A stretch of DNA of 64,000 nt from a virus, in the IMG/VR virus record IMGVR_UViG_3300020201_000009, positions 32,001 through 96,000 of that record. One strand, 5' to 3'. This document shows positions 45,252 to 53,932 of the stretch, piece by piece (position 1 is the stretch's first letter; each line of letters starts with the position of its first letter). Below the pieces are notes generated by a model that was not told the origin of the DNA, ran no database searches, and saw only the letters and a list, made by a program, of their open reading frames with translations. The position numbers and the translations under genes are program-made.

Positions 45252-46412
45252 ATGGCAAAAAAGAAGGTTTCCGTAGAGGAAAACGAACAGATAGACGGAG
45301 TGGCATTAACACCGAATGATATTCTAAATGCGGAATTAAGTTCTAAAGAGAATAAAAATTCTCATTACAATTTTGAAAAGGAAATTGTTATACCAAAAAT
45401 ATCAAGCGGTAGTCTCAACGTGGACTTAGAGTTAGGAGGGGGATTTTCATCCGGTTTACAAAGGTTTGTCGGTTTTACCGAAGGCGGCAAATCCAGCGCG
45501 TCATTAGAAATGATGAGAAATTTCTTTCTCGTTGTACCTAACGGCAGAGGCTTATATGTAAAAGCTGAAGGAAGATTATCAGAGGAGATTAGAAATAGAA
45601 GTGGTCTTAAGTTTGTATTTAAAACTGAAGAATGGTTAGACGGCACATGTTTCGTATTAGAAACGAATACTTATGATTTGGTCATTAATGTCATGAGGCA
45701 GTTAGTATTTGCTGATGACAAGAGCACAAGATACTTCTTTATCTTAGATTCGATGGACGGATTAATCTTAAGAAGCGATATGGAAAAGGAAATTACGGAA
45801 GCGGGCAAGGTTGCGGGCGCTCCAGCGTTAACGAAAAAATTCCTACAACGTTGTTCCAGTGCCATGAACAAATTCGGGCACATTTGCGTGATGATTGGGC
45901 AGGTTTCGTCGAAGGTGGAAATCGACCCATATGCATCGAAAGAAGTGCGGCAAATTTCAGCAACGGGAGGTAACGCCGCAATGCACTTCGCGAACTGGAT
46001 TATCCAATTCGAACATCGGAACAATGGAGATTTAATCTTGGAGAATGCAAACGAGAAACCAGACCCATTTAAAAATAAGATTATTGGTCACTTATGTAAG
46101 ATTATTCTAAAGAAAACCCCAAATGAAAAGAGTAATATTATGATCAAATATCCAATTCGATATGGTCGCACGGGCGGAAATAGTATCTGGAGAGAATACG
46201 AAATTGTTGATATAATGCTTATCTATAGACTCTTAACAAAGAAGGGGGCTTGGGTTTCAGTATCAGAAGAGTTAGTAAAAGAAGCGAAAGATAGTGGTTT
46301 AGAATTAAAAGAACAGCATAACGGACAGGCAGCTTTCCGTGTATATCTAGAGGATAACGCACAGCTTACAAACTGGTTGTTTGAAAAGCTTAAAGCGACG
46401 ATTTCCTCTTAA
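45252..46412 (+). CDS. recA: RecA/UvsX-like recombinase
   Basis: ISSGSLNVDLELGGG, Walker A GFTEGGKS, ILDS, TGGNAAMHFA, GAW. Confidence 0.9.
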   Translation: MAKKKVSVEENEQIDGVALTPNDILNAELSSKENKNSHYNFEKEIVIPKISSGSLNVDLELGGGFSSGLQRFVGFTEGGKSSASLEMMRNFFLVVPNGRGLYVKAEGRLSEEIRNRSGLKFVFKTEEWLDGTCFVLETNTYDLVINVMRQLVFADDKSTRYFFILDSMDGLILRSDMEKEITEAGKVAGAPALTKKFLQRCSSAMNKFGHICVMIGQVSSKVEIDPYASKEVRQISATGGNAAMHFANWIIQFEHRNNGDLILENANEKPDPFKNKIIGHLCKIILKKTPNEKSNIMIKYPIRYGRTGGNSIWREYEIVDIMLIYRLLTKKGAWVSVSEELVKEAKDSGLELKEQHNGQAAFRVYLEDNAQLTNWLFEKLKATISS

Positions 46413-46831
46413 TGAAGTTAACCAAGTTAAATTCCTATAAACTAGTCAATATAAAAAATTTACAAAAGTATTATATTGATTGGGATTATAAGATTTCTGG
46501 CCCGCAGAAAAGAGTAAAAGATTTCTTATATCCTTATTGGAGAACTCATTGTGTATTAGAGGAGCTTATTATTCCGGGAAGCCTTCTAAGATGCGACTTA
46601 GTAAATTTAACTAGATCTATCGTTTTAGAGGTTTCCCCGCTTCAGCATACAAAATACAATGAATTTTTTCATCGTTCTCTTTCTGGGTTTAAGGAATCTC
46701 TAAAACGCGATTTAGCTAAAGGGGCATGGGCGGAAAGAAATGGGTTCACTTTTGTAGAAATTTTTGATGATGACTTAAAAAAGGGTCTATCAAAAGCATG
46801 GTTTTTAGAAAAATATAATATTACACTATAA
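46412..46831 (+). CDS. PD-(D/E)xK / Vsr-like endonuclease
   Basis: LEE..IPGS.LRCD...VLEV...QH...FH......RD..K..WAE.NG. Confidence 0.7.
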   Translation: MKLTKLNSYKLVNIKNLQKYYIDWDYKISGPQKRVKDFLYPYWRTHCVLEELIIPGSLLRCDLVNLTRSIVLEVSPLQHTKYNEFFHRSLSGFKESLKRDLAKGAWAERNGFTFVEIFDDDLKKGLSKAWFLEKYNITL

Positions 46832-46832
46832 T

Positions 46833-48128
46833 ATGGCATTAACAGAAGAGTTTAAGAATAAATTGAAAAAAGTTTTGACGGAGCGTAATCTTACCGATAC
46901 TGAAGTTCGTGAGTATATACGAGAGACATTACATTTAAGCAGGTCACAGGGAAATAAGATCTTTAATAAACTTTTATCGGAATTTGAAAAGGAGTCTGCT
47001 GGTCAAAAACCCACTGAGGTCTCTCAGTTTTGGAAGTTCCGAACGATTCCCATAAAGCCGCCAAAGCCAGCGGCGGCATTCAAAGCTAACGGTAATAGTG
47101 CGACCGCCGAAGTGAAAGGGATTGATTCTATCAGGACCCTAGAAGATCTTGTTGCATACTGTAACATTGATTTGAAAATTTGGGAACCTAAATCATTCAT
47201 TTCGAATATTTGGGACGAAAAATTACAAGTTAAAGCGGAGTTTAAACGAAGGGCCGATCAAACTAATATTCAAGATTTGATTAAATTCTTTGCCAAAGAA
47301 TCTGCTAATTTTAGCCCAACTAATTTTTCCTTCAATAAAACAGTAAAAAAAGGTAAGACTATTATTTTGAATCTACAAGATCTTCATTTAGGTAAACTTT
47401 CGACTAATAAAGAAACGGGTCACGGTAATTATGATTTATCAATTGCGAAAAGTTATTTTATTAACGCCGTAGCTAGTATTATGGAAAAAGCCCCCTTGAA
47501 TGAAATTGAAAAGGTCGTTGTAATTTCTGGGTCGGATTTAATCCATTTTGACACAGAGGAAACCACCACGACAAAGGGCACCCGATTAGATGGCGATTCG
47601 CGTTGGTCAAAAGTATTTAATGAGGCTTGCTCCCTCATGTCCAAAGTTGTTGAAGACTTAGCAACCCTCTTCAAGGTTGAAGTAATCGGAGTTTACGGGA
47701 ATCACGCGCGTCTAAGCGAATACGCTTTAGGAGCCTATTTAAAGGCTTTCTTTCGCAATCATCCTAACGTCACGGTCAACAATGATCCGCTAGACCGTAA
47801 ATATGTTGGATTCGGAAAAACGTTGGTGGGTTTCGCTCACGGAGACGAAACAAAATTAACAGATTTACCATTAATAATGATGCGGGAAAACCAATCGACG
47901 ATTTCTCAATACGAACATATGATTTTTCTTACTGGGCATATTCACCAAGACAAAGTAATCGAAGTCAAGGGTATTAAAGTTATGGTTGCACCCGCTTTAT
48001 GCCCACCCGATAAGTATCATTCCGCCCATGGGTATGTAGGTAATGTACAAACTTCTCAGGGTATTGTACTGGGAGAAGATGGGTTAGAAGCTATCTTCTA
48101 TTCTAAACCGCCTGCAAAGATGGTTTAA
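46833..48128 (+). CDS. Calcineurin-like metallophosphoesterase with an N-terminal extension
   Basis: DLHLG, GSDLIHFD, GNH, AHGD, GHIH. Confidence 0.85.
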   Translation: MALTEEFKNKLKKVLTERNLTDTEVREYIRETLHLSRSQGNKIFNKLLSEFEKESAGQKPTEVSQFWKFRTIPIKPPKPAAAFKANGNSATAEVKGIDSIRTLEDLVAYCNIDLKIWEPKSFISNIWDEKLQVKAEFKRRADQTNIQDLIKFFAKESANFSPTNFSFNKTVKKGKTIILNLQDLHLGKLSTNKETGHGNYDLSIAKSYFINAVASIMEKAPLNEIEKVVVISGSDLIHFDTEETTTTKGTRLDGDSRWSKVFNEACSLMSKVVEDLATLFKVEVIGVYGNHARLSEYALGAYLKAFFRNHPNVTVNNDPLDRKYVGFGKTLVGFAHGDETKLTDLPLIMMRENQSTISQYEHMIFLTGHIHQDKVIEVKGIKVMVAPALCPPDKYHSAHGYVGNVQTSQGIVLGEDGLEAIFYSKPPAKMV

Positions 48129-48405
48129 TTTCCTCAACAATAGTAGGATATTTATTAGAGGGACCGGGACGGAAACCGTCTCTGGCCTTTGTAAACATAT
48201 CATTGGTTAGATGAATATCCCTAATATCACTAACCAAAAACTGTTTCCATCTGTTCTCTCTAGTATCGAAACCAGAGAGGTGGAGCATATTCCCCGCAAT
48301 TATCCCCAGTTGGTGCGGTTCAATGACCCTCATTTTGTCTCCGTAGAAAAAGCAAATAGCTCTCATTTCTGCAATCGCTTTGCGAATCAAGGTGGTTTGG
48401 TTCAT
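48103..48405 (-). CDS. Stand-alone WYL-domain protein
   Basis: AI.EMRAICFFY...RVIEPHQLG...WKQFLVSDI, typical of WYL; has its own TTGACT promoter at 48441-48414. Confidence 0.75.
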   Translation of the reverse strand: MNQTTLIRKAIAEMRAICFFYGDKMRVIEPHQLGIIAGNMLHLSGFDTRENRWKQFLVSDIRDIHLTNDMFTKARDGFRPGPSNKYPTIVEEIKPSLQAV

Positions 48406-48458
48406 TCCCCGTTAGCTTGCGTCGCACACGTTTAAAGTCAAGCGAATTTTTTTATACA

Positions 48459-49961
48459 ATGTCGTCAGAGTCCTTTTACAATATCGAGTTGGAACTATCC
48501 TTTATTGCTGGTATTTTACAATATCCAGATCTATATAATGAAATATCACACATAACCTACAAAGATTTTTCCAACCAAAATGCGTCTATTTATTCTGTTA
48601 TCAAAAATGTAGTAGAAAACAAGGGGGAACCGACACCGATTGTTTTAGCTAACCACATGAAGGCCATTGGTATCAACCTAGATGGGGTTGAGCCAATTGA
48701 TTTGCTTGTCGGGTTAATGCGGAGAGGTGTCACTAAGAAGGGGATGTTTGAAATTGCCAAGGAATTAAAGACAATCGCACTTGTAAGAACCATTTGCGAA
48801 AATGCAGATAGGTTAAAGAGAGAGGTCATTGATAACAGAAATAAATCTGGAACTGAAATCATTGGTTTAATAGATAAGTATTTAGGAAATACTATTACGT
48901 CTTTAGAAAGCGATGAAGGTGGCGCGGTTAACTTAGACGATGGTATGGCCGATTATTTAGACGAATTGGGGAATACCCCTATCGACTCAGTTGGGTTTAA
49001 TACCCCGTTTGAACTTTGGAATGGCTATTTCTCCGGACTGGAAAAGGGGGCGGTTTCGATGGTCGGAGCTAGAACTGGTTCGGGTAAGAGCACTTTCCTA
49101 ATCGCCATGGCTGATGGTATAGTAAATAAATGTAATCCAGATAGGAACATAAAGGTTTTATATATCGATACTGAGATGGATATAAATAAGCAAAGAGAAC
49201 GTGTCGCGGCGGCAAGAATTGGGTGTCCGTATCATTTAATCCGTACTGGTAATTACAGAAGAGATCCCGTTTGGGCTCCGAAAATGAGAGAGGCTATTCT
49301 GCTCATGAGAGATAATAAGAAAGAAAACTTTTGGTTTAAAGAGGGACACGATTTAACAGGTACCGATTTAAAGAACTTTATTAAACGCTGGTTTTATCGT
49401 TATGTTGGCAGAGGTGGCGATGCTTTAGTTGTTTTGGATTACTTAAAACCGCTTGCCTCGGATATGATGAAGTCCAATCGCGCCGAATGGGAAATTATAT
49501 ATCAAAAAATGCAGATGTTAAAAGATGTAGCTCTAGAGTTAGGAATTCACATTATGACCGCTATTCAACTTAATACATCGGCATCGACTAAAGATAAGAG
49601 CATGGGACAAGTAGACGATACGGAAAACGCCCTAACAATGAGTAAGCGTCTGGATTGGTTGCTTAATTGGTCGGGCATCCTTCGTAAAATGATTCCTGAC
49701 GAAATGGCCCTATATGGTCCAGAATTTGGCACTCACGTTTTAATTCCCCATAAATCTCGCGAACAGGGTATTTTAGGTTCTGGGCATCATAATCTTGTAA
49801 AGGTATTCCGTGAAAAAAAAATACGCTATGTAGATAACTTTCTCACCTATAGAATTGAAAATTTTAGGGTAGAAGAGACCGGCGATCTCAAAATGATAGC
49901 TGAGCAAAAAGGTTGGAATAAAGTACCGCTGCAAAAGAAAGACGAATCGCTACCAATATGA
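48459..49961 (+). CDS. dnaB: Replicative DNA helicase
   Basis: GARTGSGKST, IDTEM, VLDYLK, AIQLN. ATG 48459 preferred. Confidence 0.9.
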   Translation: MSSESFYNIELELSFIAGILQYPDLYNEISHITYKDFSNQNASIYSVIKNVVENKGEPTPIVLANHMKAIGINLDGVEPIDLLVGLMRRGVTKKGMFEIAKELKTIALVRTICENADRLKREVIDNRNKSGTEIIGLIDKYLGNTITSLESDEGGAVNLDDGMADYLDELGNTPIDSVGFNTPFELWNGYFSGLEKGAVSMVGARTGSGKSTFLIAMADGIVNKCNPDRNIKVLYIDTEMDINKQRERVAAARIGCPYHLIRTGNYRRDPVWAPKMREAILLMRDNKKENFWFKEGHDLTGTDLKNFIKRWFYRYVGRGGDALVVLDYLKPLASDMMKSNRAEWEIIYQKMQMLKDVALELGIHIMTAIQLNTSASTKDKSMGQVDDTENALTMSKRLDWLLNWSGILRKMIPDEMALYGPEFGTHVLIPHKSREQGILGSGHHNLVKVFREKKIRYVDNFLTYRIENFRVEETGDLKMIAEQKGWNKVPLQKKDESLPI

Positions 49962-50815
49962 TCGATACAAGTATATTAGAAAAACTCTGTAAAACCCCCC
50001 AAGGATGGCAAGCAAGATGTCCAGCTTGCGCGTCCGAAGGCTCGGATAAATCGGGAAACCATCTTTCGATATTGGCTGATGGTCGTTTTAATTGTGTTAA
50101 ATACAGTGGGGATAAAGATCATAACAAAACGATTTTAGCGTTAGCTTCGGGGGAGATACCCGAAGGATTTTATGTTCCACCTCAACCCAAAATCGAAATG
50201 CCTCAAGAGTGGCCGATAACGATTCTAGATGGATTAATTAAAGAATATAGTTACTGGGTTAAAAGAGGGATTAGTGTTGAAACTTGTGAAAAATTCCAAG
50301 TAGGTGTTGCTAAGAAAGGCCAAATGCATGGAAGAAGCGTATTACCTATTTTTAACATCGATCATACAAGAATAATTGGGTTTACCGGCAGAAAAATGGT
50401 AGAGACTTATAATGGCCCGCGTTGGAAACATTTGGGAGACAAAAAAACGTGGCTTTATACTGGGCAATTATATGTTCCAAAGAAGATGGCTAGAGTTGTC
50501 CTTGTGGAATCTCCCGTTTGTATTATGAGGTTATCCATGGAAAAAATTGATGATACATTTTGCTTATTTGGCATTAAAATGACAAGCGCGATTATGTCTT
50601 ATCTAATTCAATATAATCCAGACGAAATATTGATTGCTACTAACAACGAGATCGAAAACAATTCCATTGGCAATTTAGCGGCAGAAGATATTAGAAATAA
50701 ACTACTTAACTTCTTTTCTGCTAATAAAGTAAAAATTGCATTACCAATTGCCAAGGATTTTGGTGATCAGACAGAAGAACAGATGAAAGAATGGAAATCA
50801 AAATGGAGCATCTGA
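49958..50815 (+). CDS. dnaG: DNA primase (Zn-binding domain plus TOPRIM)
   Basis: RCPAC...H...FNC, KRGIS, IGFTGR, LVES, KDFGD. Confidence 0.8.
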   Translation: MIDTSILEKLCKTPQGWQARCPACASEGSDKSGNHLSILADGRFNCVKYSGDKDHNKTILALASGEIPEGFYVPPQPKIEMPQEWPITILDGLIKEYSYWVKRGISVETCEKFQVGVAKKGQMHGRSVLPIFNIDHTRIIGFTGRKMVETYNGPRWKHLGDKKTWLYTGQLYVPKKMARVVLVESPVCIMRLSMEKIDDTFCLFGIKMTSAIMSYLIQYNPDEILIATNNEIENNSIGNLAAEDIRNKLLNFFSANKVKIALPIAKDFGDQTEEQMKEWKSKWSI

Positions 50816-50863
50816 ATGGACTTGACACTATGATCAGTTTAGATATCTTTAAACAAAATTAAA

Positions 50864-51793
50864 ATGGCGATCAGAATTTCAGCCTCACGGCTCAAAAGTT
50901 TAAAACAATGCAGTTGGAAGTTTTATTGTAACGAGGTTCTAAAGCTACCAGAAACCACACACCCAAAAACAATTGTTGGTAGTTTAGCCCATTCGATTTT
51001 AGAATGTTTGCTGAATTCACGTCATAGAAAGCATTATAACAGTATCATGTCTGGGATTCCAAGTATATATAATTGTAATTCGATTGCTCGTTTGGTTGTA
51101 TGGTGGCAGAATAAGCATAAAATTAAACCAGAACTTTTAGAAGATCTTAATTCGATGGTTATGGTTGTTTTAACTTTAACCGATTATTTCGAAGAGAAAG
51201 CTGACGAAGTATTCAAACCGGAACATGAGTTCCTTTTTACTATTTGTGAAGGGAAATATCAAATTAAAGGGTTTATTGACAGAATGGCTAGGACCGGAGA
51301 TTTGATGATTATCAAAGACTATAAAACCCAAGGTAAGAGATTCGATGAGGACGAGTTAGCAAATAATTTTCAAGCGGCAATGTACCAAATGTATGTGATG
51401 AAAAAATTTGATTTAAAAGCGTCAGTTCAGTTCATCATGCTTCGTCACCCGCCAACAAATCGGACCCCATATAAACATATTCAAACAGTTTCGGCTAGGA
51501 CAAAAGAAGAGTTAGAAGGTTTTGAATCTTATTTGGAGTATATCGGAAGTATTTTCTCTAATTTTGGTATGGAGCACGCGACAATGAATTTTTGTGCCGA
51601 TAATCCAAAAGATAAAGGTTTTTGTACCTACGTTTGTCAATTTAAGTCTGGTCTTGAATACCAATCTTTAATTGATGCAAACGGAAAATTGGTAAAGAAT
51701 GCTTTTATGGATGAAATTTTAGAGCCGGATTATCTGTCTGGAGAAAAAATTGAGATAAAAACTTATGAGGGTTGCCCCAGATTTCGGGGTTGA
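50864..51793 (+). CDS. RecB/AddB-like PD-(D/E)xK exonuclease
   Basis: ISASRL...CSWKFY, GSLAH, KGFIDR...IKDYKT, FQAAMY, C-terminal Cys cluster. Confidence 0.85.
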   Translation: MAIRISASRLKSLKQCSWKFYCNEVLKLPETTHPKTIVGSLAHSILECLLNSRHRKHYNSIMSGIPSIYNCNSIARLVVWWQNKHKIKPELLEDLNSMVMVVLTLTDYFEEKADEVFKPEHEFLFTICEGKYQIKGFIDRMARTGDLMIIKDYKTQGKRFDEDELANNFQAAMYQMYVMKKFDLKASVQFIMLRHPPTNRTPYKHIQTVSARTKEELEGFESYLEYIGSIFSNFGMEHATMNFCADNPKDKGFCTYVCQFKSGLEYQSLIDANGKLVKNAFMDEILEPDYLSGEKIEIKTYEGCPRFRG

Positions 51794-51818
51794 CTTTTTT
51801 ATCAGGAAATAGCAGAAT
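51790..51818 (+). promoter_or_regulatory. sigma70-like promoter, probably leaderless
   Basis: TTGACT-17nt-CAGAAT, 6 nt before ATG 51825. Confidence 0.55.
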
Positions 51819-51824
51819 CAAGAA

Positions 51825-52442
51825 ATGGAAAAAATCAGCTATTGCTCTCTTGAATTTATAGTTGGAGAGCATACTTATTGGCTTCGCAGTAATTGTGCTG
51901 GAAAGACTAAAGATCCTTACTTTCTTTTTGTTAAATTACCAAAAGTTTTATTTTTGGGTAAAGAGCTGATTGAATCCAAATTAATTTCCCCTCATACGGG
52001 GATGTATGTTTTAAGTAAACAAGGATTGACTCGTAGATATCTAATGTTTGATAGCGGTGGCCCCCCACCAGAAAACTATGTCCCCGATTTAAATTTTGAC
52101 TTGGAAGAGTTTGAAACGATTAGATGGCAAGATATGTTTTGGTTTTTAAGGGAAAATGGTTATACAACTCAAGAGCTTACGTCTTTTTGGATCAGGCATA
52201 TTGTACAAACAAAAGACGAAGAATCAAAGGAGCAAACCAAATATGTTATTAGCGAATTTTTGCCCTCCCAAGGTGGCCTATTGTCATTTATGTCCCTCGG
52301 TCAACACCCCGATTTTAGTATTTCTTGGGACATTTCACAAAATTTCTCATTAAAAGGTTTGTCATTAAAAGGTTTCGATACGGAATTGAAAAAATTAGAA
52401 ATAGTTTCAATCTTTTATGCTAAAAATTATTGGTATGTCTGA
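51825..52442 (+). CDS. Hypothetical protein
   Basis: 205-aa ORF with no recognised motif. Confidence 0.65.
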   Translation: MEKISYCSLEFIVGEHTYWLRSNCAGKTKDPYFLFVKLPKVLFLGKELIESKLISPHTGMYVLSKQGLTRRYLMFDSGGPPPENYVPDLNFDLEEFETIRWQDMFWFLRENGYTTQELTSFWIRHIVQTKDEESKEQTKYVISEFLPSQGGLLSFMSLGQHPDFSISWDISQNFSLKGLSLKGFDTELKKLEIVSIFYAKNYWYV

Positions 52443-53223
52443 AGAAGTTCTTGGTGTCTTTTATGAAAACGGTTCTGGAAAATCAATTCTTACGAATTGG
52501 TCTCTAAAAGAAGTCGAAGACGCGGGAGATGGCTGTCCCGTTTCTCTTGTTCAACTCGCCAAAGAAGAGGGACTTAAGGAAATATTGGTGATCAGTTCTA
52601 ATTTTAGAACGTTTATTCCCCTATTAGAGAATATGGATAAGATTGGGGTAAAACTGACTTTTGGCTTAGAGATTTTGATGACCAAAGATGCTGATGATCA
52701 TTCAGATATTTCTCGTTGGTCTAATTATAAGGTTATTGTAATAGCCAAGAATTCCAAGGGGCGATTAGATTTGTTTAAAATTTTCTCCGCTTGGAAAACG
52801 CGGAAAGAGAATAAATATTACGATTTTCGTTTTGATGAAAAACAATTATTACCCTTACTTACTCAAAATTTACAACTGGTATATCCATTCTTTAATTCTC
52901 CAATAGCCAAAAATCTGTTAGTTCATAATTCTAATATCGTTCCAAATCCGCCACCTGATACAATTCTTTTTAGAGAAGTCGATTCGGAGCATCCGCACGA
53001 GGATATTATTAATTCAACTTTGAATCGTTATAACGGCGATAAAAGATTCAGGGAAATCCGAGTAAAAAGTATCTATTATAAGAACAGGGAGGATTTTAAG
53101 AAACTCCTTGTATTTAAAACAATTTTAAGCGGAGACGGTAATTTTAGTGCGCCAGAAATGTCGTATTGTTGTTCAGACGCTTTTTGTTATGAGTCTTTAA
53201 AGGAAGTAAATAAAAAAGTATGA
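52435..53223 (+). CDS. Stand-alone, probably inactive PHP domain of DNA polymerase III alpha
   Basis: GKSILT, LVQLAKEEGL, TFGLEI, VIVIAKNSKGRLDLFKI, IYYKNRED; canonical metal-binding His residues absent. Confidence 0.7.
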   Translation: MSEEVLGVFYENGSGKSILTNWSLKEVEDAGDGCPVSLVQLAKEEGLKEILVISSNFRTFIPLLENMDKIGVKLTFGLEILMTKDADDHSDISRWSNYKVIVIAKNSKGRLDLFKIFSAWKTRKENKYYDFRFDEKQLLPLLTQNLQLVYPFFNSPIAKNLLVHNSNIVPNPPPDTILFREVDSEHPHEDIINSTLNRYNGDKRFREIRVKSIYYKNREDFKKLLVFKTILSGDGNFSAPEMSYCCSDAFCYESLKEVNKKV

Positions 53224-53867
53224 TTGGTTCAGAATTAAGACGTTACGCTATTAACCAGAAGTATAATTGTGCGGATTTAGAAACAGAAGGCTTGAACCTT
53301 TTCTTTTCTAGACCTTGGCAAGTCACTTGGACTCTCTTCAACATTAAACAAAATCTTTCTGAGTCAACGAGATACATTTGGTGGCCAGATTTAAAAGTGT
53401 CAAAAAGGGCGGCGATTGTCACAAGATTCGATTTTAATGCTTATAAGCAAGCAGCCGAAGATCCGAAGAAAGTATTGGAGGAATTTGAAGACAAAGTACA
53501 TGATTCTAATTACGATTTGGTTTCTCATAATTGGCTAGGTTACGATTGCATGATATTGAACGCTTGGAGACGAGGAGTTGGATTAAAACCCCGAAACGAT
53601 TATTATACCAAAGTTTTCGACACGTTAGCTATGGCACGAGCTTATAAAGAAAATATAACGCCCGATGTTTCTTCTTTTGAAGCTTTTCTAGCATTCCAAT
53701 ATAGGATGTTAAATTATAGATATCCGAAATGCCCAAAAACCAGTTTGGGTGTAATATCCAAAGATTTGGGTATCAAAGTTGATTCAGATAAATTACATGA
53801 TTCTTCTGTAGATGCCAATTTAAATGTTGAAGTGTTCCGAGGGCTTATTTGGAAAATGCCAATTTAA
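53220..53867 (+). CDS. DEDDh 3'-5' exonuclease (DnaQ-like)
   Basis: DLETEG, HNWLGYD, FDTL, LHDSSVD. Confidence 0.9.
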   Translation: MIGSELRRYAINQKYNCADLETEGLNLFFSRPWQVTWTLFNIKQNLSESTRYIWWPDLKVSKRAAIVTRFDFNAYKQAAEDPKKVLEEFEDKVHDSNYDLVSHNWLGYDCMILNAWRRGVGLKPRNDYYTKVFDTLAMARAYKENITPDVSSFEAFLAFQYRMLNYRYPKCPKTSLGVISKDLGIKVDSDKLHDSSVDANLNVEVFRGLIWKMPI

Positions 53868-53897
53868 CCCAAAGGAAGAACTTTGAGAAATAAAACC

Positions 53898-53926
53898 TTG
53901 ACTAGATTGTCATTTTTTCTTATAAT
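53898..53926 (+). promoter_or_regulatory. Near-consensus sigma70 promoter for dnaE, probably leaderless
   Basis: TTGACT-17nt-TATAAT, 6 nt before ATG 53933. Confidence 0.75.
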
Positions 53927-53932
53927 CCGCGA

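Noticed and set aside
50864-51793. Cas4 / CRISPR adaptation gene
   Set aside because: No array or cas1/cas2; the position among replication genes fits a phage RecB/AddB-like exonuclease.
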